Assembly (NCBI GenBank): GCA_019117445.1
Contig: DWZS01000035.1
Span: 3,188-67,187 of the forward strand
Reading direction: 5' to 3'
Source of the DNA: Candidatus Limosilactobacillus excrementigallinarum
GTDB lineage: Bacteria > Bacillota > Bacilli > Lactobacillales > Lactobacillaceae
DNA: 64,000 bases
Both the position numbers and the translations under genes were made by a program. Within the stretch, counting starts at the first letter, position 1. The number at the start of each line of letters is the position of its first letter. This document shows positions 41,565 to 50,768 of this stretch, piece by piece. The notes under the pieces are model-generated. The model was not told where the DNA came from, ran no database searches, and saw nothing but the letters and a program-made list of their open reading frames with translations.

Positions 41565-41576
41565 AGGTGACTAATT

Positions 41577-42983
41577 ATGAGTAAGTGGAAAAACACAATT
41601 TGTTATGGTTTAGGAGCGTTTGGTCATGATTCCTTTTACGGAATCCTTAACACCTATATGCTAATGTTTATTACGAGTCTAATGTTCTCAAACGGCAGTA
41701 AGAGTTACACCACCAAAATGGTTGCCATCGTCACAATGATTTTAATGGTTATTCGGATCATTGAATTGGTCCTCGACCCATTCATCGGCTCCATGATTGA
41801 TAAGACCGATTCTAAGTGGGGTAAATATCGTCCATGGATCTTTGGTACCGGGTTAGTTTTGGGAATTGGTAGCCCATTCCTCTTTACTACAATGGGCGGT
41901 ATGTCGACCAATAACGGTGGCCTCTTCCTGGTTCTATTTACTATTTTATTCTTGGCTTTGTACTTAGTTTATGCCTTTAAGGACATCTCATTCTGGGGAT
42001 TGCTTCCTGCAATGTCTCTCAGCTCTGATGACCGTGGATTTACTGCTACTGGTGCCCGGATTGGTTCCACTCTTGGTGGAAACATCATTACCGTTGTTTA
42101 CGCTTCACTTTTGACCTTCTTCTCTGGTTCTAAGAACTTTACCGTTCATGGTTGGTTCATGTTTGCCCTTACCATTGGGATCGTTGAACTGATTGGTTCT
42201 TGTTTTGCAGCCTTTGGAACTAAGGAAAAAGACTCCGTCGTAACCGAACAAAATGCAGAAAAGATTACCCTGAAACAAGTTTTCCATACCCTGTTTCATA
42301 ATGATCAATTATTGTGGATGTCCCTTTCCTACATCATCTACTGCTTAGGTACTTCTACTACGAACAACTTCTTACTCTACTACTTCCGTTACGTTTTAAA
42401 CGCTCAATCAAGCTGGGCTTTGGTCGGCTGGGTCGGCATGGTAACCGGATTTATCTCCATTATCTCTTACCCAACCCTTGCTAAATACTTTGGTCGGCGC
42501 AAGATCATGGTTGGTGCACTTTGTGTTGAACTCATTGCCTTTGTTATCTTCTCATTCACCCAAACCGTAACCATGACCTTAGTTGCGCAAGTCCTTTACA
42601 CCCTTGCTAACCCACTGGTCTTCATGGTGCTCTTATTAACCATCGCTGACTGTGTTGAATATGGACAATGGAAGACTGGTCACCGGTCAGAAGCTGCTAC
42701 TTCCGCCGTTCGGCCAATGCTTGATAAGTTCTGTGGGGCAGTTACGACTGGATTAACTGGAATCATTGCTGGTTTGGCTGGGATGACTGGTAATGCCACT
42801 GCTGCTTCCATCTCCACTCATGATATTTTGATTTTCAAATCCTTCTGCTTCTACATCCCATTCTTCTGCATCTTAATCGGCATGATCATCTTCATCGCCA
42901 AGGTTAAGTTGGATGAAAAGATGCACAAGGACATCGTTGATAAGATTGCGCAAAACATCAAGGCCGAAGATAGCAACAATTAA
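41577..42983 (+). CDS. Glycoside-pentoside-hexuronide (GPH):cation symporter (raffinose/melibiose-type permease, no IIA domain)
   Basis: 468 aa, 12-TM. DPFIGSMIDKTDSKWGKYRPW is the GPH signature. Confidence 0.85.
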   Translation: MSKWKNTICYGLGAFGHDSFYGILNTYMLMFITSLMFSNGSKSYTTKMVAIVTMILMVIRIIELVLDPFIGSMIDKTDSKWGKYRPWIFGTGLVLGIGSPFLFTTMGGMSTNNGGLFLVLFTILFLALYLVYAFKDISFWGLLPAMSLSSDDRGFTATGARIGSTLGGNIITVVYASLLTFFSGSKNFTVHGWFMFALTIGIVELIGSCFAAFGTKEKDSVVTEQNAEKITLKQVFHTLFHNDQLLWMSLSYIIYCLGTSTTNNFLLYYFRYVLNAQSSWALVGWVGMVTGFISIISYPTLAKYFGRRKIMVGALCVELIAFVIFSFTQTVTMTLVAQVLYTLANPLVFMVLLLTIADCVEYGQWKTGHRSEAATSAVRPMLDKFCGAVTTGLTGIIAGLAGMTGNATAASISTHDILIFKSFCFYIPFFCILIGMIIFIAKVKLDEKMHKDIVDKIAQNIKAEDSNN

Positions 42984-43034
42984 ATTTCATAACTCCCTAT
43001 CTAACTCATTAATTTAATTTGATGCTTCGGCCTG

Positions 43035-43076
43035 AAAAAGGCGTCAGGGTTCCATTTCAGAACTCTGACGCCTTTT
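43035..43076. terminator. Bidirectional terminator (permease / thrB)
   Basis: AAAAAGGCGTCAG...CTGACGCCTTTTT. Confidence 0.85.
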
Positions 43077-43092
43077 TATATTCTCATCTTTG

Positions 43093-43956
43093 TTATTTTT
43101 CAACCGTTACTCCAGCATGATCAGGACGTAAAACTTCAACGCGATCGTTCAGGTGGTGATCACGGAGCGCAGTAATTAAATCAGTAGCCTTATCATGCGC
43201 TACCAATGTCATAATCGTCGGCCCGGCCCCACTCAAATAGGTCGCTACTGCACCGTGATCATGAGCAATTTTACGAACTTTTGCTAATTCCGGCACTAAA
43301 GCAGCCCGGTACTCCTCATGAAATTCATCCGCCTCCATTAATTCTCCGGCTACAGCATAATCTGGTTTAAATAGCGCTGCCACCAGAGTATTGGCCACTG
43401 CACTAGCATGGGTAGCGTGATGATAAGTCAGTTCATTTGGCAATACTGCCCGGGCTTTCTTCGTTGCTAAATTATAGGCTGGAATATAGGCAACTAAATC
43501 AAATGGCGGTAGCGGAGCTTTCACTGCTGTAAAATGATCATTCACCTCAGTACCGACTACCAAACCACCCAAAATTGCTGGGGCCACGTTATCGGGATGC
43601 CCTTCAATTTGACTAGCAATTTCAACCTTTGTTTCATCACTAAGGTTTAACTTTGCTAATTGGTTGGCCAGTTCAATTCCCGCTACAATGGCACTCGAGC
43701 TGCTTCCTAAACCGTGAGTAACCGGGATTGCACTTTCGACTTTGAGGTGGTGTGGTGTTAAGTCAGGAGCCACTTTTAGTGCCGTTTTAACAATCATATT
43801 TTGGCGATCATGCGGTAAATTCCCCAGTTGATGATCGACTCGCCATTCATTACTCGGCCCAATCACGGTTAAATGCAGATACATCGAAACTGCGATCCCA
43901 ATGGAATCAAATCCTGGGCCTAAATTAGCGCTCGAGGCTGGTACTTGAATTTTCAT
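43093..43956 (-). CDS. thrB: Homoserine kinase
   Basis: MKIQVPASSANLGPGFD..., GLGSSS. Start refined to the ATG at 43956 (GGTGG 8 nt upstream). Confidence 0.93.
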   Translation of the reverse strand: MKIQVPASSANLGPGFDSIGIAVSMYLHLTVIGPSNEWRVDHQLGNLPHDRQNMIVKTALKVAPDLTPHHLKVESAIPVTHGLGSSSSAIVAGIELANQLAKLNLSDETKVEIASQIEGHPDNVAPAILGGLVVGTEVNDHFTAVKAPLPPFDLVAYIPAYNLATKKARAVLPNELTYHHATHASAVANTLVAALFKPDYAVAGELMEADEFHEEYRAALVPELAKVRKIAHDHGAVATYLSGAGPTIMTLVAHDKATDLITALRDHHLNDRVEVLRPDHAGVTVEK

Positions 43957-43969
43957 TCTGGTCACCACC

Positions 43970-45244
43970 CTACTTTAAAACCTTATATGCAGCGCCTAAG
44001 TTGATACTCGAATCTTTAGCAACCCGTGCTTTAAAATCGGCTAATTGTTGGGCAGTCATTTCATGAGTAATAATCACCACATGGGCTAAGCCATCCGCTT
44101 CTGTCTGCGTGATTTGACTAAAGCTGGCGTCAATTTCCGTCATAATTTGCGTTAACTTCAACATTTGCCCTGGCACATCTGGCATCATGATGGAAAGAAA
44201 GTATGGGTAAACGACGTCACGTGGTGCTGCAGGAATATACTGCCGTTGATAATTATTAAAGAAATTACCATTTGTTTTCAAAACTAGGTTTTTCGTGACC
44301 GAAATAATATCACTTAAAACACTATTGGCAGTTGGTAGGCCACCAGCCCCAGGACCATAGAAAAGGGTATCGCCCACAGCTTCCCCCGTTACCATGACCG
44401 CGTTATATTCGTTATTAATTGTTGCTAACGGGTGGTCCGCCGGTACTAAGGTTGGTGCAACTTCAACAAATACCCCATCATCAATTACCTGCGCGATCCC
44501 GACCAGTTTGATAACGTAACCGAATTTACCCGCTTGCTGCACATCAAAACCGTTTAAATGATCAATCCCCGTTACAGCAAAATCATCAACCGTTAATTGA
44601 GTACCAAAGGCAAATTGACTTAAAATGACCATCTTGTAAGCTGCATCCTTACCAGTAACATCATTAGTGGGATCCGCTTCAGCAAATCCCAACTGCTGGG
44701 CCGCTTTGAGTGCTTGGTCATACGACCAGCCTTGCTGACTCATTTGCGTAAGAATGTAGTTCGTGGTTCCATTCACGATCCCCTTAACCTCAGTAATTTT
44801 ATCCGCCGCAAAACTATTAGTAATCGTCCGCAGAATTGGAATTCCCCCAGCTACACTAGCTTCATACATCAAATCGCAATGATGGTCATGAGCGAGTTTC
44901 ACCAATTCTGGACCATAGGTTGCCAAAAGATCCTTATTCGCAGTGACCACATTTTTATGGTTACGCAGTGCCGCCTCAATGTATTCTTTAGCGGGATGGA
45001 TTCCACCAATCAGTTCCAATACAATTTGAATTTCATCATCATTAATGACGTCATCAACTGACGTCGTTAGTTCAATTTTTCCTGCAACATCTTGGTGCCG
45101 CTCTGGATGATTCACGAGGACCCGCTTCACATTTAATTTGCGTCCGGTGACATTTACCACCTTATCTTCATTATGCTGGATCATCTGTAACACACCAGAG
45201 CCGACCGTTCCTAGGCCAAACATCCCGATTTGAATGGTTTCCAT
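43970..45244 (-). CDS. hom: Homoserine dehydrogenase
   Basis: 424 aa: GLGTVGSG Rossmann fold, C-terminal ACT domain. Confidence 0.93.
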   Translation of the reverse strand: METIQIGMFGLGTVGSGVLQMIQHNEDKVVNVTGRKLNVKRVLVNHPERHQDVAGKIELTTSVDDVINDDEIQIVLELIGGIHPAKEYIEAALRNHKNVVTANKDLLATYGPELVKLAHDHHCDLMYEASVAGGIPILRTITNSFAADKITEVKGIVNGTTNYILTQMSQQGWSYDQALKAAQQLGFAEADPTNDVTGKDAAYKMVILSQFAFGTQLTVDDFAVTGIDHLNGFDVQQAGKFGYVIKLVGIAQVIDDGVFVEVAPTLVPADHPLATINNEYNAVMVTGEAVGDTLFYGPGAGGLPTANSVLSDIISVTKNLVLKTNGNFFNNYQRQYIPAAPRDVVYPYFLSIMMPDVPGQMLKLTQIMTEIDASFSQITQTEADGLAHVVIITHEMTAQQLADFKARVAKDSSINLGAAYKVLK

Positions 45245-45283
45245 CTTGCCACCTCATTTTCTCATTATTTTTTCATTTTTAGC

Positions 45284-45314
45284 ATTGTAACATACGTCCC
45301 TTCCAGGTTACAAT
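45284..45314. promoter_or_regulatory. Two-fold-symmetric overlapping divergent promoters (hom-thrB leftward, thrC rightward)
   Basis: ATTGTAAC-N15-GTTACAAT. On each strand this reads TTGTAA, 18 nt, TACAAT. Confidence 0.6.
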
Positions 45315-45356
45315 AACCAATAATCAATCACTAAATCTAGAAATGGAGGCTTTTTC

Positions 45357-46850
45357 ATGCAATACCGTAGTACCCGTGGCCAAATTACAGCAACATTAAA
45401 TTCGCCCCAAGCAGTCATCCAGGGGCTTGCTCCTGATGGTGGTCTTTTCGTCCCCGTCGATTTCCCCAAAGTCGACCTACCGCTGCAGAATTTAGCAACA
45501 ATGTCCTACCAAGCAATTGCGGAATTAGTATTAGGCTGGTTCTTTGATGACCTTAGTAAAAACCAGCTTCACCAAATTGTTCAAGGCGCCTATGGTTCCC
45601 AATGGGATGATGCAACTATCGCACCACTTTCAGAAAAGCACGCTGGTAACTACTATCTTGAATTATTTCATGGACCCACTCTAGCCTTTAAAGACATTGC
45701 GTTACAAGTCCTACCGCGTTTAATGCAAAAATCTTTAACCATTGAAAAAAACAGTAATGAAATTATCATCCTCACAGCAACCTCCGGTGATACTGGAACT
45801 GCTTCAATGCGTGGCTTTAGTGATCAAGATGGTACACGGGTGATTGTTTTCTACCCTCACGGTGGTGTTAGTCCTGTTCAGTTAAGCCAAATGTTAGGTC
45901 AGCGGGGAGATAACCTGACCGCCATCGCCATTGAAGGTAATTTTGATGATGCCCAAACTGCCGTTAAAACCATTTTTAATGATCAGAGCTTTAATGACCT
46001 ATTAATAGCCAATGGTTTTCAATTCTCATCTGCTAACTCGATGAACATTGGCCGGCTGATCCCCCAAATTGTCTATTACTTAAGTGCATATGGACAACTT
46101 GTGCGGCGTGGAGACATTCAACTAGGTGACCAAGTCAACTTTACAGTGCCAACAGGAAACTTTGGTGATATCCTCGCTGGCTATTATGCTAAAAAACTTG
46201 GATTACCAATTAATCGCCTCATTTGTGCATCCGACGAAAACAATGTTTTAACGGATTTCTTTAAAACCGGTCATTATGATCGAAAACGCCCATTTTTCCT
46301 GACCAATTCACCGGCCATGGATATTTTGGTCTCCAGTAACCTGGAACGACTGCTGTTTGATATTTACGATGAGAGTGCTCCTAGTATCAAGCAGTTAATG
46401 AAACAGTTAAATAACGATGGTAAATACTCAATTGATGATGGTGCCCGTGCTAAACTGCATGAACACTTTAATGCTGGTTTTGCCACTCAGCAAGAGGTTC
46501 TACAGGAAATCAAGCGCATCTATCAACAGGATGGCTACGTGATTGACCCTCACACCGCCGTGGCTTCTTTCGTTGCTAACCAATACTATGCCGCCAATAA
46601 CGATCCCACCCTAAATGTCATTATTTCAACCGCTAGTCCTTACAAATTTCCCGAAACAGTTTACCAAGCAATTACTGATAAGCAGAGTTCAGTCACGGGG
46701 TTAGATGCAATTACTGAACTACACAAGCTCCTTTTGCAACCATTAAGTCCAAACGTTCAGCAACTGTTTGATCAAAAGCAGCAGAGCGAACGAGTGATTC
46801 AGCCTGCCCAAATGAAATCAACTATTCGACAAATTCTGCAACTGCAATAA
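45357..46850 (+). CDS. thrC: Threonine synthase (long form)
   Basis: 497 aa: MQYRSTRG..., FKDIALQ PLP-lysine motif. Confidence 0.93.
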   Translation: MQYRSTRGQITATLNSPQAVIQGLAPDGGLFVPVDFPKVDLPLQNLATMSYQAIAELVLGWFFDDLSKNQLHQIVQGAYGSQWDDATIAPLSEKHAGNYYLELFHGPTLAFKDIALQVLPRLMQKSLTIEKNSNEIIILTATSGDTGTASMRGFSDQDGTRVIVFYPHGGVSPVQLSQMLGQRGDNLTAIAIEGNFDDAQTAVKTIFNDQSFNDLLIANGFQFSSANSMNIGRLIPQIVYYLSAYGQLVRRGDIQLGDQVNFTVPTGNFGDILAGYYAKKLGLPINRLICASDENNVLTDFFKTGHYDRKRPFFLTNSPAMDILVSSNLERLLFDIYDESAPSIKQLMKQLNNDGKYSIDDGARAKLHEHFNAGFATQQEVLQEIKRIYQQDGYVIDPHTAVASFVANQYYAANNDPTLNVIISTASPYKFPETVYQAITDKQSSVTGLDAITELHKLLLQPLSPNVQQLFDQKQQSERVIQPAQMKSTIRQILQLQ

Positions 46851-46866
46851 TTGCAAATCAATGACA

Positions 46867-46908
46867 AAAGAGGAGCATAGCAATCAACGGTCACTATGCT
46901 CCTCTTTT
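46867..46908 (+). terminator. thrC terminator
   Basis: AAAGAGGAGCATAG-N13-CTATGCTCCTCTTT. Confidence 0.8.
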
Positions 46909-46913
46909 AGGTA

Positions 46914-46941
46914 ATAAAAAAACCGCCAAAATGGCGGTTTT
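46914..46941 (-). terminator. rplL terminator
   Basis: Minus strand reads AAAAACCGCCATTTTGGCGGTTTTTTT. Confidence 0.85.
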
Positions 46942-46955
46942 TAATTGGGATAAAA

Positions 46956-47321
46956 CTACTTAAGGGTAACAGTAGCACCAGCGTCTTCAAGCTTAGCCTT
47001 GATGTCGTTGGCTTCGTCTTCCTTAGCGTCTTCCTTGATAACAGATGGTGCGTTATCAACAAGGTCCTTAGCATCCTTAAGGCCAGAACCAGTGATGTCC
47101 TTAACAGCCTTAATAACCTTAACCTTAGCAGTACCTGGTTCAGTTAATTCAACAGTGAAGCTATCCTTAGCAGCACCGTCGCCACCAGCAGCACCTGCAA
47201 CTGCAACTGGAGCAGCAGCTGAAACGTCAAATTCGTCTTCGATTGCCTTAACAAGGTCGTTAAGGTCAGAGATTGATGCTTCCTTTAATGAAGCAATAAT
47301 AGCATCCTTATCAAAAGCCAT
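46956..47321 (-). CDS. rplL: 50S ribosomal protein L7/L12
   Basis: 121 aa with the typical Ala-rich hinge and C-terminal domain. Confidence 0.97.
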   Translation of the reverse strand: MAFDKDAIIASLKEASISDLNDLVKAIEDEFDVSAAAPVAVAGAAGGDGAAKDSFTVELTEPGTAKVKVIKAVKDITGSGLKDAKDLVDNAPSVIKEDAKEDEANDIKAKLEDAGATVTLK

Positions 47322-47387
47322 TTTTAAATTCCTCCAATGATTAAATCTTGTTTAATTGATAGTTTAAATGTAACTGTAAGCACACAA

Positions 47388-47888
47388 TTATGCGGCTTCG
47401 TCGGCCTTGTCGGCAACGGCCTTGACGGCCCGTGCGATCTTCCGCATTGGGTCTTGCAATGCAGATGCAAGCATGGAAAGAAGATCGTCCCGACTTGGCA
47501 GTTCAGCGAATTCATTGATTTCATCAAGCGTCTTGATGTCTTTTTCAATGAAACCACCCTTAATTTCAAGAGCATCGTGGTCCTCTGCAAACTTCTTCAT
47601 AATCTTTGCAGGAGCAATTGGATCTTCATTTGAAAAGGCAACTGCAGTTGGGCCAACAAACACACTCTTTAAGTCTTCGTAATCAGTACCGTCAACGGCC
47701 CGTTCCAAGATCTTGTTCTTGATAACAACCATCTTGACACCAGCATCACGAAGTTGCTTACGCAAATCAGTGACTTCATCAACCGTCAAACCACGGTAGT
47801 CAACAACGATAGCTGATTCAGCATCAGTCAACAAACCATTGGCAACTTTAACGGCTTCAGCCTTTTTAGCAATAGCTGCTTCACTCAT
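47388..47888 (-). CDS. rplJ: 50S ribosomal protein L10
   Basis: 166 aa. Confidence 0.96.
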   Translation of the reverse strand: MSEAAIAKKAEAVKVANGLLTDAESAIVVDYRGLTVDEVTDLRKQLRDAGVKMVVIKNKILERAVDGTDYEDLKSVFVGPTAVAFSNEDPIAPAKIMKKFAEDHDALEIKGGFIEKDIKTLDEINEFAELPSRDDLLSMLASALQDPMRKIARAVKAVADKADEAA

Positions 47889-48040
47889 GAAATTACACCT
47901 CCTATATTAAATTTGGTACGGATTTAAAAAAATCCCTATGACCGGCAGACATAGAGAAGGAACATTTCATTTCTTCCTCGGCAGGTATGATTGAGGCTTG
48001 CGCCACCTGAGTCTTAGGCAGAGTCATATTTATAACCACT
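47889..48040 (-). promoter_or_regulatory. rplJL 5' leader (L10-leader-type autoregulatory RNA, position-based call)
   Basis: Structured 5' UTR of about 150 nt between the promoter at 48046-48074 and the rplJ RBS. It was not aligned to a covariance model. Confidence 0.45.
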
Positions 48041-48045
48041 AAAAC

Positions 48046-48074
48046 AGTATACATAACTCAAGTTCATTTTGCAA
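48046..48074 (-). promoter_or_regulatory. rplJL promoter
   Basis: Minus strand reads TTGCAA, 17 nt, TATACT. Confidence 0.6.
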
Positions 48075-48099
48075 GGCGTCATTAAAAATAAAAAAATGC

Positions 48100-48128
48100 T
48101 TGCGTTAGATTTTTTCTAATGGTATTCT
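48100..48128 (+). promoter_or_regulatory. Promoter of the steT-like leader
   Basis: TTGCGT, 17 nt (the last nt form TGg), TATTCT, an extended -10. Confidence 0.55.
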
Positions 48129-48159
48129 AATGTCAATCAAAATTTTGGAGGAGACGCAA

Positions 48160-48234
48160 ATGTTACAACTGAATTTGACTCATTTTAATTTATCCTCTTC
48201 CTCAACCTCATCATCTCTGATTGTGGTTGGGTAA
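48160..48234 (+). CDS. Putative 24-aa leader peptide MLQLNLTHFNLSSSSTSSSLIVVG
   Basis: Strong RBS GGAGGAG 6 nt before the ATG. There are eight consecutive Ser/Thr codons (48193-48216), and the 3' end of the ORF is complementary to the terminator's left arm. The ORF is too short for the ORF track. Confidence 0.55.
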   Translation: MLQLNLTHFNLSSSSTSSSLIVVG

Positions 48235-48270
48235 TTTTGGTGTTCATTATTTTATAATAACAATTAATGG

Positions 48271-48322
48271 GCCGTCTCAACCACTTGCAGTTTTGCGAAT
48301 GGTGCTTGAGGCGGCTTTTATT
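48271..48322 (+). terminator. Leader (attenuator) terminator upstream of the steT-like gene
   Basis: GCCGTCTCAA(48271-80)...TTGAGGCGGC(48306-15) forms 10 bp with one G.U. An inner helix CCACTTGC/GCGAATGG extends it, and TTTTATTGTG follows. Confidence 0.7.
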
Positions 48323-48348
48323 GTGTCATAGAAATGGAGGAATTAGTT

Positions 48349-49680
48349 ATGCAGGATAAACAACCAACTGAAGACTTGAAGCGTTCGCTCGGCTTTGGCT
48401 CAGCAATTTCAATCGTGATTGGAACTATCATTGGATCAGGAATCTTCTTTAAACAAGGCTCGGTTTTAGATAGTGCCGGCAGTTCCACAATGGCTATTCT
48501 GGCTTGGGTCTTTGGTGGGGTTATTACCCTGACCGGTGGTCTTACCGTTGCCGAAATTGGTGCTCAGATGCCATATACTGGTGGTCTTTACGTATATATT
48601 GAGAACATTTATGGTCGGATTCTTGGCTTTTTGGCCGGGTGGATGCAAATTATTGTCTACGGTCCAGCGATCATTGCCTCGGTAGCAGGGTTTATGAGTA
48701 TCCTCATGGCCAATTTCTTTGGATTAGGTAATGAATGGCGAATTCCATTAGCGATTATTACTGTTGGCCTCATTGGATTAATGAACCTGTTGGAAAACAA
48801 GGTTGGTGCTCTATTCTCCGTCATCACCACTTTAGGAAAATTAATCCCGATTGCCGCAATTATCATTTTTGGCCTCTTCTGGGGACACCAAGATGCCTTT
48901 GGACAAACTGTTCGTGAAATTCAGCAAAGTTCCGGTGGTTTTGGTGTCGCTGTGCTCGCCACCCTCTTCGGGTACGACGGCTGGATCCTGATTGCCAACC
49001 TTGGTGGCGAAATGAAGAATCCGCAAAAATTACTTCCGAAGGCGATCATTTTCGGAATCACTGCTGTTTTGATTATCTACACTTTAATTACCGTAGGAAT
49101 TCTCCGTTTTCTTCCCGTTGCGACAATTCATCGCCTTGGTGAAAATACTACTGCCTATCTAGCAACCAAGGCCTTTGGACAGATTGGTGGTAAACTGCTG
49201 TCAGCCGGAATCATCATCTCGATGATGGGAACGTTAAACGGTAAAATGTTAACTTTCCCCCGCATTGTGTATGCCATGGCTAAACGACAAGACATCCCAT
49301 TTTCGAAATTCTTAGCCTACCTCAGTCCGAAGGGTAAATCGCCAGTTACGGCTACTATTTTTATTGTCGTCCTAGCCTTCATTATGATGCTCTTCTTTGA
49401 TCCAGATCACCTATCGGATCTCTGTGTATTTACGGTTTACTGCTTCTACATGTTGGCTTTCTTTGGGGTCTTTATTCTACGGAAACGTAATAAGTTTGCA
49501 AAGCGGCCTTTCTCGACTCCTCTCTATCCATTTGTCCCGATCATTGCAATTGCCGGTGGAATCTTTGTCCTCGTCAGTGAAATCTTCAATGACCCGGCGG
49601 GTGTTATTCTCTTCATCGGGATTGTGATTGTAGGGTTACCAATTCTTTACTTTGTTAAAAAGTATTACCAAAAAGGGTAA
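48349..49680 (+). CDS. steT: APC/LAT-family amino acid transporter, SteT-like serine/threonine exchanger
   Basis: Start refined to the ATG at 48349 (GGAGG 8 nt upstream). The sequence closely parallels B. subtilis SteT/YkbA along its length (IGTIIGSGIF, GGLTVAEIG, YGPAII, GGEMKNPQKLLP). This is a recalled comparison, not an alignment. Confidence 0.75.
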   Translation: MQDKQPTEDLKRSLGFGSAISIVIGTIIGSGIFFKQGSVLDSAGSSTMAILAWVFGGVITLTGGLTVAEIGAQMPYTGGLYVYIENIYGRILGFLAGWMQIIVYGPAIIASVAGFMSILMANFFGLGNEWRIPLAIITVGLIGLMNLLENKVGALFSVITTLGKLIPIAAIIIFGLFWGHQDAFGQTVREIQQSSGGFGVAVLATLFGYDGWILIANLGGEMKNPQKLLPKAIIFGITAVLIIYTLITVGILRFLPVATIHRLGENTTAYLATKAFGQIGGKLLSAGIIISMMGTLNGKMLTFPRIVYAMAKRQDIPFSKFLAYLSPKGKSPVTATIFIVVLAFIMMLFFDPDHLSDLCVFTVYCFYMLAFFGVFILRKRNKFAKRPFSTPLYPFVPIIAIAGGIFVLVSEIFNDPAGVILFIGIVIVGLPILYFVKKYYQKG

Positions 49681-49708
49681 ATCACCATATTGATAATATC
49701 TAAATCAC

Positions 49709-49760
49709 ACGGGTGCGTGATCACGAAGTCATAAATGTCTTCTGCCACGCACCCGTTTTT
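49709..49760 (+). terminator. steT terminator
   Basis: ACGGGTGCGTG...CACGCACCCGT (11 bp) followed by TTTT. Confidence 0.75.
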
Positions 49761-49817
49761 GGTTATCAAGTTGTTGTACAATTAGATTATCTAAGTTTGA
49801 GTGAGGTTAAAGTACCG

Positions 49818-50768
49818 ATGAAGAAAAATGGATTACTATTAGTAAATCTTGGTTCACCAGATGAACCGACAACTCCTGCAGTTAAGCAATACTTAACCGA
49901 ATTTTTAGGTGATCAAAACGTTGTTACCCTGCCCCGGTGGTTTTGGCAACCATTACTAAAGGGAATTATCCTGCCGACCCGTGCTTGGCGGTCAGCCACA
50001 TTTTATCGTGATATTTGGGAACGGGATGGCTCACCCCTAATTGCTAATACTGCACGACTTACCAAACGGGTTCAGGATGCTCTACCCGATTGGCAAGTCG
50101 CCATGGCGATGACATATCGCAAACCGGCAATTTCAACGGTATTACATCAGCTCCAACAAACCTGTGATCAAGTTTATGTATTCTCACTGTTTCCGCATTT
50201 CACCCAAAGCACTACCCAATCCATCATTGACCAAGTCCACGCCGTTGATCCGACGATTCCAATCATTGACCGTTTTGCTGATCAACCTGCCTTTTTGGAT
50301 CTCTTAGCGAAACATATTCAGGCTTTTTGGGATGATGGTAACTTCGATCAATTAATGATTTCCTACCACGGGATTCCTGTATCAATGGTTAAAGCTGGTG
50401 ACCCTTATCAATCTGAAACCGAACGAACAACCGTTGAATTAAAAAAGCGACTAGCCATTCCCGACCAGCAAATCAAAATGGTTTATCAATCAAAGTTCGG
50501 CCCCATGCCTTGGTTAAAACCGTACCTTAAAAATGAATTGCTTCGCCAAGCTCAACTGGGTAAGCGACGCATCATGATTGCTTCACCCTCATTTGTTACA
50601 GATTGTCTTGAAACACTAGAAGAAAACAGCGTTCAAAATTACCAGGCCTTTCGGGCTAATGGCGGTCAAGAACTCGCCATGATGCCAGCCCTGAATGATA
50701 ATCCAGAGTTTGCTGCTTTGATCGCCAATCTAGCCAAGGAGGCCGCTAATGAACAAGAAAAGTCTTGA
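49818..50768 (+). CDS. hemH: Ferrochelatase / coproporphyrin ferrochelatase
   Basis: Start refined to the ATG at 49818 (MKKNGLLLVNLGSPDEPT...). About 316 aa with the SYHGIP and FVTDCLETLEE motifs. Confidence 0.88.
   Translation: MKKNGLLLVNLGSPDEPTTPAVKQYLTEFLGDQNVVTLPRWFWQPLLKGIILPTRAWRSATFYRDIWERDGSPLIANTARLTKRVQDALPDWQVAMAMTYRKPAISTVLHQLQQTCDQVYVFSLFPHFTQSTTQSIIDQVHAVDPTIPIIDRFADQPAFLDLLAKHIQAFWDDGNFDQLMISYHGIPVSMVKAGDPYQSETERTTVELKKRLAIPDQQIKMVYQSKFGPMPWLKPYLKNELLRQAQLGKRRIMIASPSFVTDCLETLEENSVQNYQAFRANGGQELAMMPALNDNPEFAALIANLAKEAANEQEKS

Noticed and set aside
46999-47682. Several ORFs of 88-113 aa overlapping rplL/rplJ on both strands.
   Set aside because: They are alternative-frame or antisense artefacts within ribosomal protein genes.
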